Shown here in pieces: positions 51,956 through 62,521 of a stretch of DNA of 64,000 bases. The stretch is taken from positions 32,001 through 96,000 of the forward strand of contig CAVYTU010000009.1 of NCBI GenBank assembly GCA_963771465.1, given 5' to 3'. Origin of the DNA: an uncultured delta proteobacterium (lineage in GTDB: Bacteria > Desulfobacterota > Binatia > UBA9968). The position numbers and the translations under genes are program-made. The notes beneath the pieces are model-generated. The model was not told where the DNA came from, made no database searches, and saw only the letters and a list, made by a program, of their open reading frames with translations. Each line of letters begins with the position of its first letter. Position 1 is the stretch's first letter.

Positions 51956-52181
51956 GCGGTTTTACTAGAGGTAGTTACCCATTAGATCTGGCTAGCTTTG
52001 CAACGCACGGCGCGAATGGGTATCCATGGTGAGCACATATAATACTTGGCGAACCTGCGCGTCGCGTCCTCAGGAGCCTTCTATTCAAAACGGCTGCAGC
52101 ACTTTGTCACAACTATTTGTCTTTATGTGTTCGAATCGGCAAAACGAGACTCAGAACACCGCAGTTAAACGGCGGCTTTAC

Positions 52182-52502
52182 TCATGTTGAATTATTAAGC
52201 CGGGCGCTACCCTTTTGAGTCATGCGGTGAGGCAGACCAAGTTCTTGAGCCGTGTCGTTATCAATCTTTCCAGTTACATTCAGTTGCCTTGATTCTTGGA
52301 ACGACCGCAACGCCTCACGTGTGCGCTCATTCATTGTCCCGTCCACTGGTCCTGAATAAAAACCATTCTGCCTCAAAAGCTGCTGCGCTTCGGCATATTT
52401 GAAGCTTCGACATCTGATCAACGCTGATGCCGGAGATCGACCGACGGATCGAGTCGACGAAACTCGGCGCCCCAGCGGAACAACACATCGATCTGCACTC
52501 AT
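52182..52502 (-). pseudogene. peptidoglycan-binding domain protein remnant
   Basis: EAQQLL...GFY.GPVDG.M...TR.ALR.FQ...L.VTG.ID..T...LG; 5' part scrambled. Confidence 0.65.
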
Positions 52503-52695
52503 GCGATTTCATCGCTGAAGGCGCTGATGCGGGGTCCGTAATCCGACGACGTGTGCGAATCTATAGGATTCCTACAATCGCTGGTATCGGGTGTTCCCTG
52601 ATTTTGCGTCCGTTTTTTTCCTTAGCCTGAAGGATTCGGAACCGTTTCCGCCGCTGATCGTTGAGGTGCGCCGAAACGCGCGGCACGAGACTCAG

Positions 52696-53520
52696 TCACC
52701 CGAGCAGAAACACAAGAAAAAACATCTGGAGGACGTTGGCGCCAATTTTCCACGATAAATTGAGCGTTGTAGCGCGATTGATATAATCAACGCGGACTTC
52801 GTTGGCCAGTCGATCCAGCCTAGCTTTGATCCCGCCCTCCGCCTTTGCAGCCCGCTCCTGCAGCGAAACAATCTTCGCCTCGGCTTCAAGCTTGATTGAC
52901 GCGGCGCGATATCTGGCCCGGTCTTGTGTCGCCTGTAACCTGTCCTTTTTTACCTTCAGCATTACTTGCAGTTGGTCCTTCGATTGATCGCGCGTGTGTA
53001 ATAGTTGTCCCTCGATGGTGTGGATTTCGCGGTGCAAAGCGTCCAACTCGTTGGCTATCTGCGCATCCACGACTTCGCGTCGCACACAACGAAATACAAT
53101 TCCGCCCTGAGATTCTAGCAAAGTATCAATGGGGGTCAGCCGTTCCTCGTCGATCTCGGACACAATAGCTGCTGTTCCGGGCAATAGATGGCGCGATACT
53201 TCGTCGAGAAAGCCGCCGTCGACACCAACGTTCGCCAATTCTAGCATCAAGTCAGTGGTGCATTCTGCTGTGGCCTCCTCCGCGGATTGCCACGAGTGAT
53301 CGAGTAAGCCGATTAAACTACGAGTGGCTGTTGCGAGAGCCGGATCTGGAGAATTTTGATCGCGCGCGAAAGTCACGATGGCAATCCTTTTAAAGCCTTT
53401 TAGGATCACCGCCGAAGCGTACACCAGTACCACGCCCTCAGTGCTCAGTTCTTTCATCGCGCGCGCAGCGGCCGACGCCTGTCTTTCAGTTTCAAATACC
53501 GCGACAAGCATGTTATCCAT
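52696..53520 (-). CDS. DUF1269-like protein with C-terminal coiled coil
   Basis: MLVAVF..E..A......L, GV...FLDEV...L.PG..A.V.E.DE....P.D......GG.V.R. Confidence 0.7.
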   Translation of the reverse strand: MDNMLVAVFETERQASAAARAMKELSTEGVVLVYASAVILKGFKRIAIVTFARDQNSPDPALATATRSLIGLLDHSWQSAEEATAECTTDLMLELANVGVDGGFLDEVSRHLLPGTAAIVSEIDEERLTPIDTLLESQGGIVFRCVRREVVDAQIANELDALHREIHTIEGQLLHTRDQSKDQLQVMLKVKKDRLQATQDRARYRAASIKLEAEAKIVSLQERAAKAEGGIKARLDRLANEVRVDYINRATTLNLSWKIGANVLQMFFLVFLLG

Positions 53521-53550
53521 GGCAAACTCCGTTTCGCCCGTATTCTGTAT

Positions 53551-54504
53551 TTATCTTTCACTTTCACAGTCGCGGAGATGCGGTCTCCGGACCGTCGTGG
53601 CGCCGTCGAGCGAGCGGAATTTTTTACGCTTGGCATCGATCATTCCCAGGTAATGGTAGATGCGACCCTTGCTGCGATAGCGCTTCCGCTCTTTGCCTAT
53701 CAACGTGTAATAGACATACTGCGCATTCGCGCGTACAAGATTAAACCCTATTCGAACATAACTGCGATCGCTCATCAGTAATCGACTCTTGCCTTGTTGC
53801 CAGTGTCTCTTTATAAAGTATTCGTCGGTGAATCGGTTCCGGTCCACGTGATGGTACACTACGGCGTTGGGCGCTAGTCCAATGGCGATACCCCATTGCG
53901 CCAACCGGGAAGCGAATTCCACGTCTTCAGATGTTCCCGAAGCACCCGGACCCAGGCGTTCGTCGAATCCCCCGATGCGATCGAAGGTGCCGCGCCGCAC
54001 AAAAAAATTAGACCCATTCAAGGATCGGACTTCCTTCAGACTCGAGTCGTGATCGATAATCGGAATCGTTCGATACCGTTGGTTTAGTCTCTGAACCTTG
54101 GGATCATCTCCGGCCGGAGATTGAAGTCGAACCGTGCCTTGTCCGACGCCGTACCCACTCGTGTTAAAAAACGTTTCAACAGACGTTAGCCACGTCTTAT
54201 CCACGATGACGTCATCGTCTAAAAATGCCAGGACGTTACCCGTCGATAGGTTTACGGCATCGTTAATCGCTGCCGATTTTCCGCCCCGTAGCGCCCGCAG
54301 AAAACGGATTGTCGTTGGGAAGGACCCCGCGATCCCCGTGAGGTACTCATACGTATCGTCCCGTGAGTTATTATTAGCAACAATGATTTCCGGCACGATC
54401 CGGTCAATTGCAGTTAGTTGTCTAATGCTGTCCAGGAGGTGAGAAAGTATTTCGCGTCGATCTTTGGTGGGAATAATGATCGTCGGTTGAAATGGCATAG
54501 CCAT
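53551..54504 (-). CDS. GT2 family glycosyltransferase
   Basis: IIIPTKDR, NNNS.D, GKS.A.N, FLDDD, GGFDERLG, SEDVEF. Confidence 0.88.
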   Translation of the reverse strand: MAMPFQPTIIIPTKDRREILSHLLDSIRQLTAIDRIVPEIIVANNNSRDDTYEYLTGIAGSFPTTIRFLRALRGGKSAAINDAVNLSTGNVLAFLDDDVIVDKTWLTSVETFFNTSGYGVGQGTVRLQSPAGDDPKVQRLNQRYRTIPIIDHDSSLKEVRSLNGSNFFVRRGTFDRIGGFDERLGPGASGTSEDVEFASRLAQWGIAIGLAPNAVVYHHVDRNRFTDEYFIKRHWQQGKSRLLMSDRSYVRIGFNLVRANAQYVYYTLIGKERKRYRSKGRIYHYLGMIDAKRKKFRSLDGATTVRRPHLRDCESER

Positions 54505-54830
54505 CCTCGTCTGCGCGTGGCAAGAGACCTTCCGTTTATCGCTATCAACCGCCAATTGAAGTGTGCTGGCTTTAAATATACCGAGCCTATGATTGATGCT
54601 GTACTCTCGTGAGGCTAACCTGGATGGCGCTCGGTGACTATCAGGCACTCGCTGATTTGCGACCTCCAAAAACCTGAGAAGGAGTAGTGCGATTCGCGCG
54701 GAAGCAGAAAGCTCAATCGGGCAGCGTCAATTTCACTGGAATACTGATTTATCGGATGGCGGTTCTCGGGCGTTACCAATGAGGCATCCGATCTGATATA
54801 AAGAACCGGCGGGTGCTTTGCGGGATCTGG

Positions 54831-57800
54831 TCAGGACAATAGTGTCGCCGCTGTCGCCATAGAAGATAGCAAGGTAACTAAGTGTCTTTTAATGCGTGAA
54901 ACCATTTTTACTACTGCTCCGCTGCGAATGATTATTCTTTCACGGGCAGGTCTCTGAAGGGCCAGCTTCCTCATGCGGGAACGTAACGTGTTGGGATGCA
55001 GCCCTAAAATCACCGCCGCCCCCTTCGGCCCCTCAATCCGCCAACTCGTTTGATGCAAGACCTCTAGAATATGGGCTTTCTCTAGTTCGGCCAACGTTGC
55101 CTCTCGTTCGGCAGTGATCGTCTCTGGGATTGAAGTTGGTTTGCCGTTCGAACTCAGCCCCGTGGCACGGTCAATCACATGCTTACCTTCCATCCTTCGG
55201 GCAGTTGGAGGGTTGAGCCGGTGGAAGTGACGGCCGCTCGGCCGATCACATTCTCCAACTCGCGCACGTTGCCGGGCCAACTGTAACCCCGCAACGCTCC
55301 GATCACTGGAGTCGGTATCTGTGCCAAAACTCTTCCCCAACCGCCGCCCAGATTCCTGTATAAAATACCTCTGCCAATAACCCAATATCCTCTGTGCGTT
55401 CCCTGAGCGGCGGTATCTCGAATCGGATAAACATTCAACCGATAGTATAAGTCGGTGCGAAATCTGCCGCGCTGCGCCGCTTCGCTCAGATTGCGGTTGG
55501 TCGCCGCTATTACCCGCACGTCCACCTTGATCGTCTTACCGCTCCCCAACCGCTCAAACTCTCCCTCCTGCAATACCCTCAACAACTTCGACTGCAGCCG
55601 CAACGGCAATTCGCCGACCTCGTCCAAAAATATCGTCCCATGATCGGCCAACTCAAACCGTCCCACCTGCTTGGATACCGCCCCCGTAAATGCTCCCCGC
55701 TCGTGCCCAAACAATTCACTCTCGATCAGCTCCGCCGGCAACGCCGAACAGTTCACCTTCACCAACGGCCGCTCCCGCCGCCTGCTCTTCTCGTGTACCG
55801 CGCGCGCGACCAACTCCTTGCCCGTCCCCGTCTCGCCCAATACGAACACCGTCATGTCGGTCCCGGCTACCTGCTCCACTTGTTGCAATACCTGACCGAT
55901 CCCTTGGCTCTCCCCGATGATCTCCCCATACCGGTGTGATCCCATCACTTCGGATCGCAAATACACGTTCTCGGCTTCCAACCGCTCCTTGAGCCGCTGC
56001 ACCTCCGCCAACGCATCCTTCAATTCCTCCTCCGCTCGCTTGCGATCGGTAATGTCGCGACCGACTCCCTGGATTTCAACGACACGTCCATCTGAATCAA
56101 CCAGCAAGTGATTAGTCCAACAATGCCAACCTACACTACCGTCCGGTCTGGTAACCTCGTGCTCGTGCTCGCTTGTCGTCGTCTCGGTATTTCTGCAGAG
56201 CATTTCAATATGTTCGAGGACGGCCTTCCGCGCGCTGAGCGGAATGAGCTCCAAAAATTTTTTACCGATAAGCTGCTCGCGGGTTCTACCGAAATAACGG
56301 CAGTAAGCATCATTGACGAAGGTCAGCGTGGTGTCCGGCAAATTACGGCAAATCAGCTCGGTTTGCGTTTCCACGACATTGCGATATCTGTCTTCGCTCT
56401 TACTCAAAGCTTCCTGTACCAGCTTAAGCTCGGTGATGTCGATTACCGAGCCGATGTAACCTAAAAATTCACCTTCATTATTGAATCGCGGCGATCCTGT
56501 GTCGAGCACCGTCCGGTATTGCCCGTCATAGCGTCGAAGCCGGTAATCAACGCAAAACGTCTCGCGCTTTTGGACCGCGGCCCCAACGAATTTTTTAGTC
56601 GCCTCTCGATCGTCCGGGTGGATGCTGGCGAGCCAACCGAAACCGAGTTGTTCTTCGAAAACCGTCCCCGTAAATTCAGTCCATTGTCTGTTTACGTAGG
56701 TGCACCGACCCGAAGTATCGTTGAGCCAAATGATTGTGGGAACGTAATCGGCTATGTAACGGAAGCGGGCTTCGCTTTCCCGCAGCGCCTCCTCGATGCG
56801 TTTGCGTGCGGTGATATCTGTGACAATACCGCCGGTCGCACAAGCATTCCCGGCGACATCGAACATCGCAAACTTGTAAACAACACTGGTGTGGGGTCCG
56901 TCAGCGTGAACTGCAGTTTCCTCAAATTGCGACGCCGTCCCGGATTGGAGCACCGTAAGATCGTTGGCGCGAAACGCAAGGGCTTGTTCATGGGGAAATA
57001 AGTCGAAATCGGTCCTTCCGACGATGTCTTCACGCGACAAACGCAAAAGGGTCTTGAAACGCGAGTTGGTATATAGGTAGCGTCCTTCCCGGTCCTTAAG
57101 AAAGATGATGGCAGGGCAATTGTCCATGATCGTCTTGAGCAATGTCTGATTTTCACGCAGTGATTGCTCGGCGTTTTTGCTCTCTGTAATGTCGCGCACC
57201 ATGGTGAGAATTCGGTCGTCGTCGTAGTGAATCATGCGAGCTTCAAAATGGCGCGTTTGTTCTTTCACCGGCAGAGAAAATTCGTGAATCACCGGCTCAC
57301 CGGACTCAGCCGCACGTTTGAAGCATTTCAAAAAGGCGTCAACAAGCTGAGCAGGAAGCACTTCGCTCATGTTCTTGCCGAGAAAGTCGTCCGGCCATAG
57401 CAAGAGGTCTCGCTCGGCTTTGAAATGACAATCGACGTAGACGCCTGCGATCGTCTGGATAAACATGACGTCGGGCAAGGCGTCCAGAATTGCGTGGTTC
57501 TTGGCAGCACTCATACTTGCCAAGCTATAAGCGTGTAAGAGCTCTATGCATTGCCGTTCGTTAGTCGACTCCGCTCGCTTTCTACGTCGATGTTGTACCA
57601 GAAGCGCGACAACGAGCAACGTCTCCAGTACAAATAGAGCAGCAACGCCGAGAATTTGCCGGTGATATTCCTCCCAAAGGGTAGGTCGGCGAAATTGGAC
57701 GATAGTGTCCGGCGGTAAGAACTTTTCGTTCAGACCCCAGCGCTTGATCTGCCGCCAATCGACTGTTGGTATGGTCGGCACCGGAGGTTCCACGCGTATC

Positions 57801-58807
57801 TTGTCGGGATCTTCACCTGCAAGAATCCGCGCGACCAGCTTCCCTACCCGTTGCGCATTATCATCGAAATTTGTCATCGCGCCACCGACAATGCCCAATC
57901 CCATGAAGCTCTCGAAGAAGCTATAAACGGGTGCGGCGGATACGCTCGTCAGTTGGGTCAACACGTCGCGCGGTATCGTTGTTCGTCCGGCCGCATCTTG
58001 GAACATTGAAGTGTACAAAACGACCGTGTTGCCGGGCAGGTTGCTTACCGTCTTAAGAATTTCCGGCAACGAATGATTGGTGAGATAGGTGATTTTTGCC
58101 TGCCCTTTGAGCGAACGCAGAGCGTTTTGCACCAGCGGAATCCATGATTGATCGGTCTCGGTCACCCCGCTGACTACCACAACGCGGCTGGCGTTTGGCT
58201 GCAAACTAAACGCCATTCTCAAAGTGCCGGCAAAATCGATTTTCCCGGTTACTCCAGTCATGCGACGACCGAGTGAGCGTTTGCGCATCGAATCCTCGGA
58301 GACACCGAAGAATACGACCGCCGCTTCGGGCCACAACTGCGCTCGGTGCTTAGTAACGAAATCTAGTGCCGGCGGCTGTACTGTCATGACGATATCGAAT
58401 TTCCGATCGCGGTATTTTTGCTGAAGCAGGGCGGCAAAAACGGATTCATAACTCGGATTGGAGAGATGGGAGGCGTCGAAGGCTTCCGAGTCAAAATCGA
58501 TAGGATGTGGCGCCGCGGCGGAAACCGTCTCACGAACCATGCGCTCGACAATCACATTGGCCGGAAGGAGCGTGTTTGTGCCATGTAAAATCAGCACGCG
58601 GTGAGGTGTCTTCTCTGCCTGCGCGTTCGCGCCAATGACGAGCCAGAGTATGCCGATCATGAGGGCAATAGGCAGGCGGGTAAGTTTCGCTTTGGCGACA
58701 AACTCCATCATGAATTGCGAGACCTCGGAATCGAACGTCAATGGAAATATCACATCTCGCGCTTTCATCTCTACCATTGGTGATGATGCAGTTTCAAATC
58801 TAATCAA
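54831..58807 (-). CDS. membrane-anchored sigma54-dependent activator: extracytoplasmic SBP-like sensor, TM, 4 PAS, AAA+, Fis HTH (3' end frameshifted)
   Basis: GETGTGKE, ESELFGHERGAFTGA, FLDEVGE, WPGNVREL, GAAVILGLHPNTLRSRM; +1 shifts at ~55420, ~55365, ~55325 and a further shift at ~55185. Confidence 0.85.
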
Positions 58808-58888
58808 TCAAATTTACGATGTCGACAATTTCCCAAACCTGCCGGTGACGCCCGCCTCCATCGCGGGAGCGCAGCGAAGAGTTTTGCG

Positions 58889-58929
58889 AATCTTACAGAA
58901 GTTATAATGGAAAGTGTATAACGCCACTT
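58889..58929. repeat. ~40-bp element, copy 2 (copy 1 at 3172-3213)
   Basis: AATCTTACAGAAGTTATAATGGAAAGTGTATAACGCCACTT. Confidence 0.65.
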
Positions 58930-59077
58930 GAATAATAATCATATTCAAGGCGAACAGAATGCCGCCGAAGCTCATTTTCACGTAGGCCGTGAAGTGAGAA
59001 ATACAATGGCTAGAGCCGGTGGAAAGATGCCAGAAAATTTGCCAAGAGAACCGTCAATAAAAAACTCGCGAGACTAA
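58928..59077 (+). pseudogene. dinD: C-terminal remnant of DNA damage-inducible protein D-like protein
   Basis: IQGEQNAAEAHFHVGREVRNTMARAGGKMPENLPREPSIK resembles the DinD C-terminal H..VG..VR.TI...GG.MPE.LP. Confidence 0.65.
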
Positions 59078-59151
59078 TCTCGCGATAGAAAATTTCTCAG
59101 GTAAGAAGCTGACCGCACCTCAGTAAAGCTCGGCGACGCATAATCGCCTTG

Positions 59152-59283
59152 TCATTTGGGGCTCGCCCCAAGCTTGCTCAGCGCGACCGCATGCGGGTTT
59201 CTAGTATCCGGTTTCTCCTGGAGGCGCGTTTCCCGTTACCTTGTCGATGACCGCTTTCGCAATTTGCGTAAAATTCTGGTCAT
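59152..59283 (-). pseudogene. remnant of small basic protein of the 'D..Q.AK..VD.ATG..KNP.AVALG' family
   Basis: MTR(D)FTQIAKAVIDKVTG...RNPHAVALSKLGAS across two frameshifts, truncated before the KGG tail. Confidence 0.55.
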
Positions 59284-60093
59284 ACCACTTTCAGGAATGC
59301 ATGCGTCACTCGTAAGTGCGTCGGTGCGTCATAGTGAGCAAATCATTGGCCGGACTAGCGTTCCTCAGAGCGGGAGGCTGTGGAGGATGGATCACGTCTC
59401 GGCCGAATGCCGGATGGTTGAGGCTCATAACGAAAGGCACAGTATGCATCGAGCGTTCGCTGTAATCCCGCAGCTTCTTCATCCGGTATTGGTCATCTTG
59501 CGTGCAGCGTCCGCGTCAGAACGCTTTTCACATCCGCAAACAAGGCTCAAAACGATAACCCCGCAACACTCGAGAGTTCTGTTTCACGTTTGTCATTTCG
59601 CCTTTCACACGCGAACAACCAGGAATTGATGCGCACCGCGTCACGCGAAGCCGCAATGAATCAGACAGTCGGTAGATTTTTCTTGTGCTCGTTTCGGTCG
59701 CCGCACTCTGGCTGTCAACAGCAATACTTCGCTGCCATCCAAACTAGGTTTATTCGATGCGCGAACGCTTTGATATCAGGAATTCCTTATCGGCAGATTC
59801 GAAATTCCTTAGTCCTCTTCCAGATGACGGCATAGAACAAGCAAGACATACTGGGAGCCGGACTTACTAGCCTAAAGTGTGTGAGCAGAGTCGGAGGAGA
59901 GGAATCCCATAGCAATTAGTATTTTCCTTGAACGGGCCGATTGGTCGACAGCCCGAGAATCTATCACGGTAGGTGCTGCCCGCGTGTGGGGCGCAAAAAA
60001 CCGCCCCCACACGACCACTCGATTAATTCAAAGGTTGATTAATCTACTTTGACGCCCGTTTTGAGAGGAGCTTCCGCGCCCCTCCCATTCACT

Positions 60094-60809
60094 TCACTGG
60101 ACTTTGATTTCGACACGCCGGTTTTTGGAGCGGCCTTCAGCGGTTTTATTATCCGCGATCGGCTTGCTCTCGCCAAAGCCCTGTCCCGAGACACGGCCGC
60201 CGTCCACACCCTTCTTCACGACGTAATCTTTCACCGAAGCTGTGCGCCGTTCCGACAGAGCCTGGTTGTACGCATCTGAACCGACGCTGTCGGTATGGCC
60301 GGCCAAGCTCGCCTTTTTGTCTTTATTCTCGTTCATGAAAGCGACCAGCCGATCCAGGATCGCGCCAGCTTCCGACTTGATGTTACTCTTGTCGAAATCA
60401 AAGAGCACGTCATCCAGAATAATCGTCCGCTCAACCACTGGCGCGGGCTTGGGTGCGGCGGCGGCGGCGGTGGTGGTGGTGCCGGCTTTGGCGCAGGCGG
60501 TGGTGGCGGCGGAGGTGGTGGCGGAGGTGGTGGTGGCGGTGGCGGCGGCGCTGGCTTTGGATCTTCAGTCAATAAGTAAGCCAAACCACCGCAGACCAAT
60601 GCGCCGGTAACCGCGCCAATCGCAGCTCCTAAAGCCTCGTTACGATGTTTGCCGTTGACACCTTGGTGCGCGACAGCTGCGCCGCCCGCGCCGCCCATGA
60701 CACCGCAAACGCTAGCGCCCACAAGCGCAGCCTGGTTCCTGGTTAACCCAGTACAACCCGCCATGAAAAAACCTAGCAAAGCTAACGCCAATTGTTTGTT
60801 TTTCTTCAT
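60094..60809 (-). CDS. OmpA-family lipoprotein with glycine zipper and polyproline linker (1-nt deletion near 60455)
   Basis: lipobox MAGC; P18 and P8 tracts; VLFDFDKS, GHTDSVG, YNQALSERR, GFGESKP.ADN, NRRVEI. Confidence 0.88.
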
Positions 60810-61030
60810 CACTCCCCCAGTTGGTTTAGTTTCGGCTCCGCTCCGATCATTTGACGATTCTTTAGATTTATATTGCTCAACCCTAAAATAGTTCCGTATT
60901 CCGCGCAATTGGGAAATCCCTTATTTGAAGCGTCGATTTTCCTGAGCTTTCCAGAAAAGAGGTTAGTGCACCAAAACCACATGTCCATACGAAGTACCTG
61001 CCCATGTGATTGAAACTTCATCGTAAGCGT

Positions 61031-61708
61031 TTAAAGCGAAGTCAATCCTTCGCGGATGCAATATTTTGTCAGGCCGGCGGTGGATCGAATACCGAGCTTG
61101 TCCATGACCTGCTTGCGGTGTGTCTCTATCGTTTTAACACTTACTTCGAGAGTCGCCGCGATCTCCTTTGTCGAGTTACCGTCCGCGATCAGTTGCAAGA
61201 CCTGCAGTTCTCTTCTGGTCAGCCGTTGCGCATTGACAAGGTTTTTTAGTGAAAGATCGGCTGCTTCGTTCTTCAACGTAACTGCGGTCGATATTGAAGG
61301 ACTCAAATACATTCCACCTTGGGATACCGCTTCCAACGCCGCGGCGAGGTCCTCCAAAGCGGAATCTTTGAGGAGATATGCGGACGCGCCGGCTTGCAGC
61401 AGTTGGAGCACGTAGCTGCGAGTCGCATGCATGGAAAGTACAACGACCTCGATTTCCGGCTGCGCGGATTTAATCTGCCGCGTAGCATCGATACCGTTGA
61501 GATTCGGTAACATGATATCCATGATGACGATGTCCGGATGCAATTCTTTGGCTTGTCTCACCGCCTCGTATCCGTCATTTGCTTCTGCGACACATTCATA
61601 TCCGAGTTTTTCTTCAAGCAATGCCCGGAGCCCCTCGCGCATCATCTTATGGTCTTCCGCAATGAGAATGCGCCTTCCGGCGGAATTTTTTTTGGGCGGT
61701 TTATCCAT
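61031..61708 (-). CDS. NarL/LuxR family response regulator
   Basis: AEDH, MDIMLP, LSMH, YLLK, LTRRELQVL, STKEIA..L.VSVKTIETHR. Confidence 0.93.
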   Translation of the reverse strand: MDKPPKKNSAGRRILIAEDHKMMREGLRALLEEKLGYECVAEANDGYEAVRQAKELHPDIVIMDIMLPNLNGIDATRQIKSAQPEIEVVVLSMHATRSYVLQLLQAGASAYLLKDSALEDLAAALEAVSQGGMYLSPSISTAVTLKNEAADLSLKNLVNAQRLTRRELQVLQLIADGNSTKEIAATLEVSVKTIETHRKQVMDKLGIRSTAGLTKYCIREGLTSL

Positions 61709-61869
61709 GTCAGGGCAAACCAAGCTAAATATTTTCCGACCTATGGGCCTGGGATACGCATAGATTGCTGCCTCAGATCGTGATTCACACGAACGAAAGG
61801 AAAACGCTACCGGGAATTCTCTGATTTTTCGCGTCGAATTTTCTTAGATCGAAGAGAAGGGCCCCCACT

Positions 61870-62517
61870 CTACTGGATCGATGTGATTCCTTCGCGGATT
61901 GCAAATTTTGTCAGTTGGGGGATATTGGGCAGTTTCAATCGATCCATAATTTGTCGGCGGTGGGTTTCGACAGTTTTAATGCTGACGTAAAGATTGGCTG
62001 CGATTTCTTTAGTGGACTTCCCCTCTGCGACGAGTTGTAATACTTCGCGTTCTCGATTGGATATTTTGGGGAGTTGACATTGCGACTCTGACAGCCACTG
62101 CGCAACTGCTCTTCCGACCACGACCTCGGCAACGTCGGGCCCAACGTATTTTCGCCCTGCCAAAACTACCTTTAGCGCGTTGCTGATCTCCTCAACACCC
62201 GAGTCTTTGAGCAAATATCCGGAGGCGCCGGCTGCAAACGAGTCCAGGATGCAACGGCTCTCAGTGTGCATAGAGACGACTAAAACTTTAACATGAGAAA
62301 ATTCCCGATGTATTTGCCCAGTAAGCTCGATCCCGTTGCGCCCTGCCATGCTAACGTCCGTTATGACAGCTTCGGGTTTTAGTTTTGCAATCAGCCTTAA
62401 CGCCTCGCGACCATCGTCTGCCTCACCCACAATTTGGAAATCCTCTTTCTCGAGCATGGGCTTTAGGCAGGCTCGGAACAGACGGTGATCATCTGCTAGA
62501 ATGATTCTCGGTCGCAT
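61870..62517 (-). CDS. NarL/LuxR family response regulator
   Basis: ADDH, TDVSM, VSMH, GYLLK, SNREREVL, SIKTVETHR. Confidence 0.93.
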   Translation of the reverse strand: MRPRIILADDHRLFRACLKPMLEKEDFQIVGEADDGREALRLIAKLKPEAVITDVSMAGRNGIELTGQIHREFSHVKVLVVSMHTESRCILDSFAAGASGYLLKDSGVEEISNALKVVLAGRKYVGPDVAEVVVGRAVAQWLSESQCQLPKISNREREVLQLVAEGKSTKEIAANLYVSIKTVETHRRQIMDRLKLPNIPQLTKFAIREGITSIQ

Positions 62518-62521
62518 AACA

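Noticed and set aside
60450-60480. Phase variation of ompA by repeat slippage
   Set aside because: The repeat unit is 3 nt, so slippage would not shift the frame; a single-base error is more likely.
60295-60579. Poly-glycine ORF on the plus strand
   Set aside because: Reverse complement of the OmpA polyproline linker.
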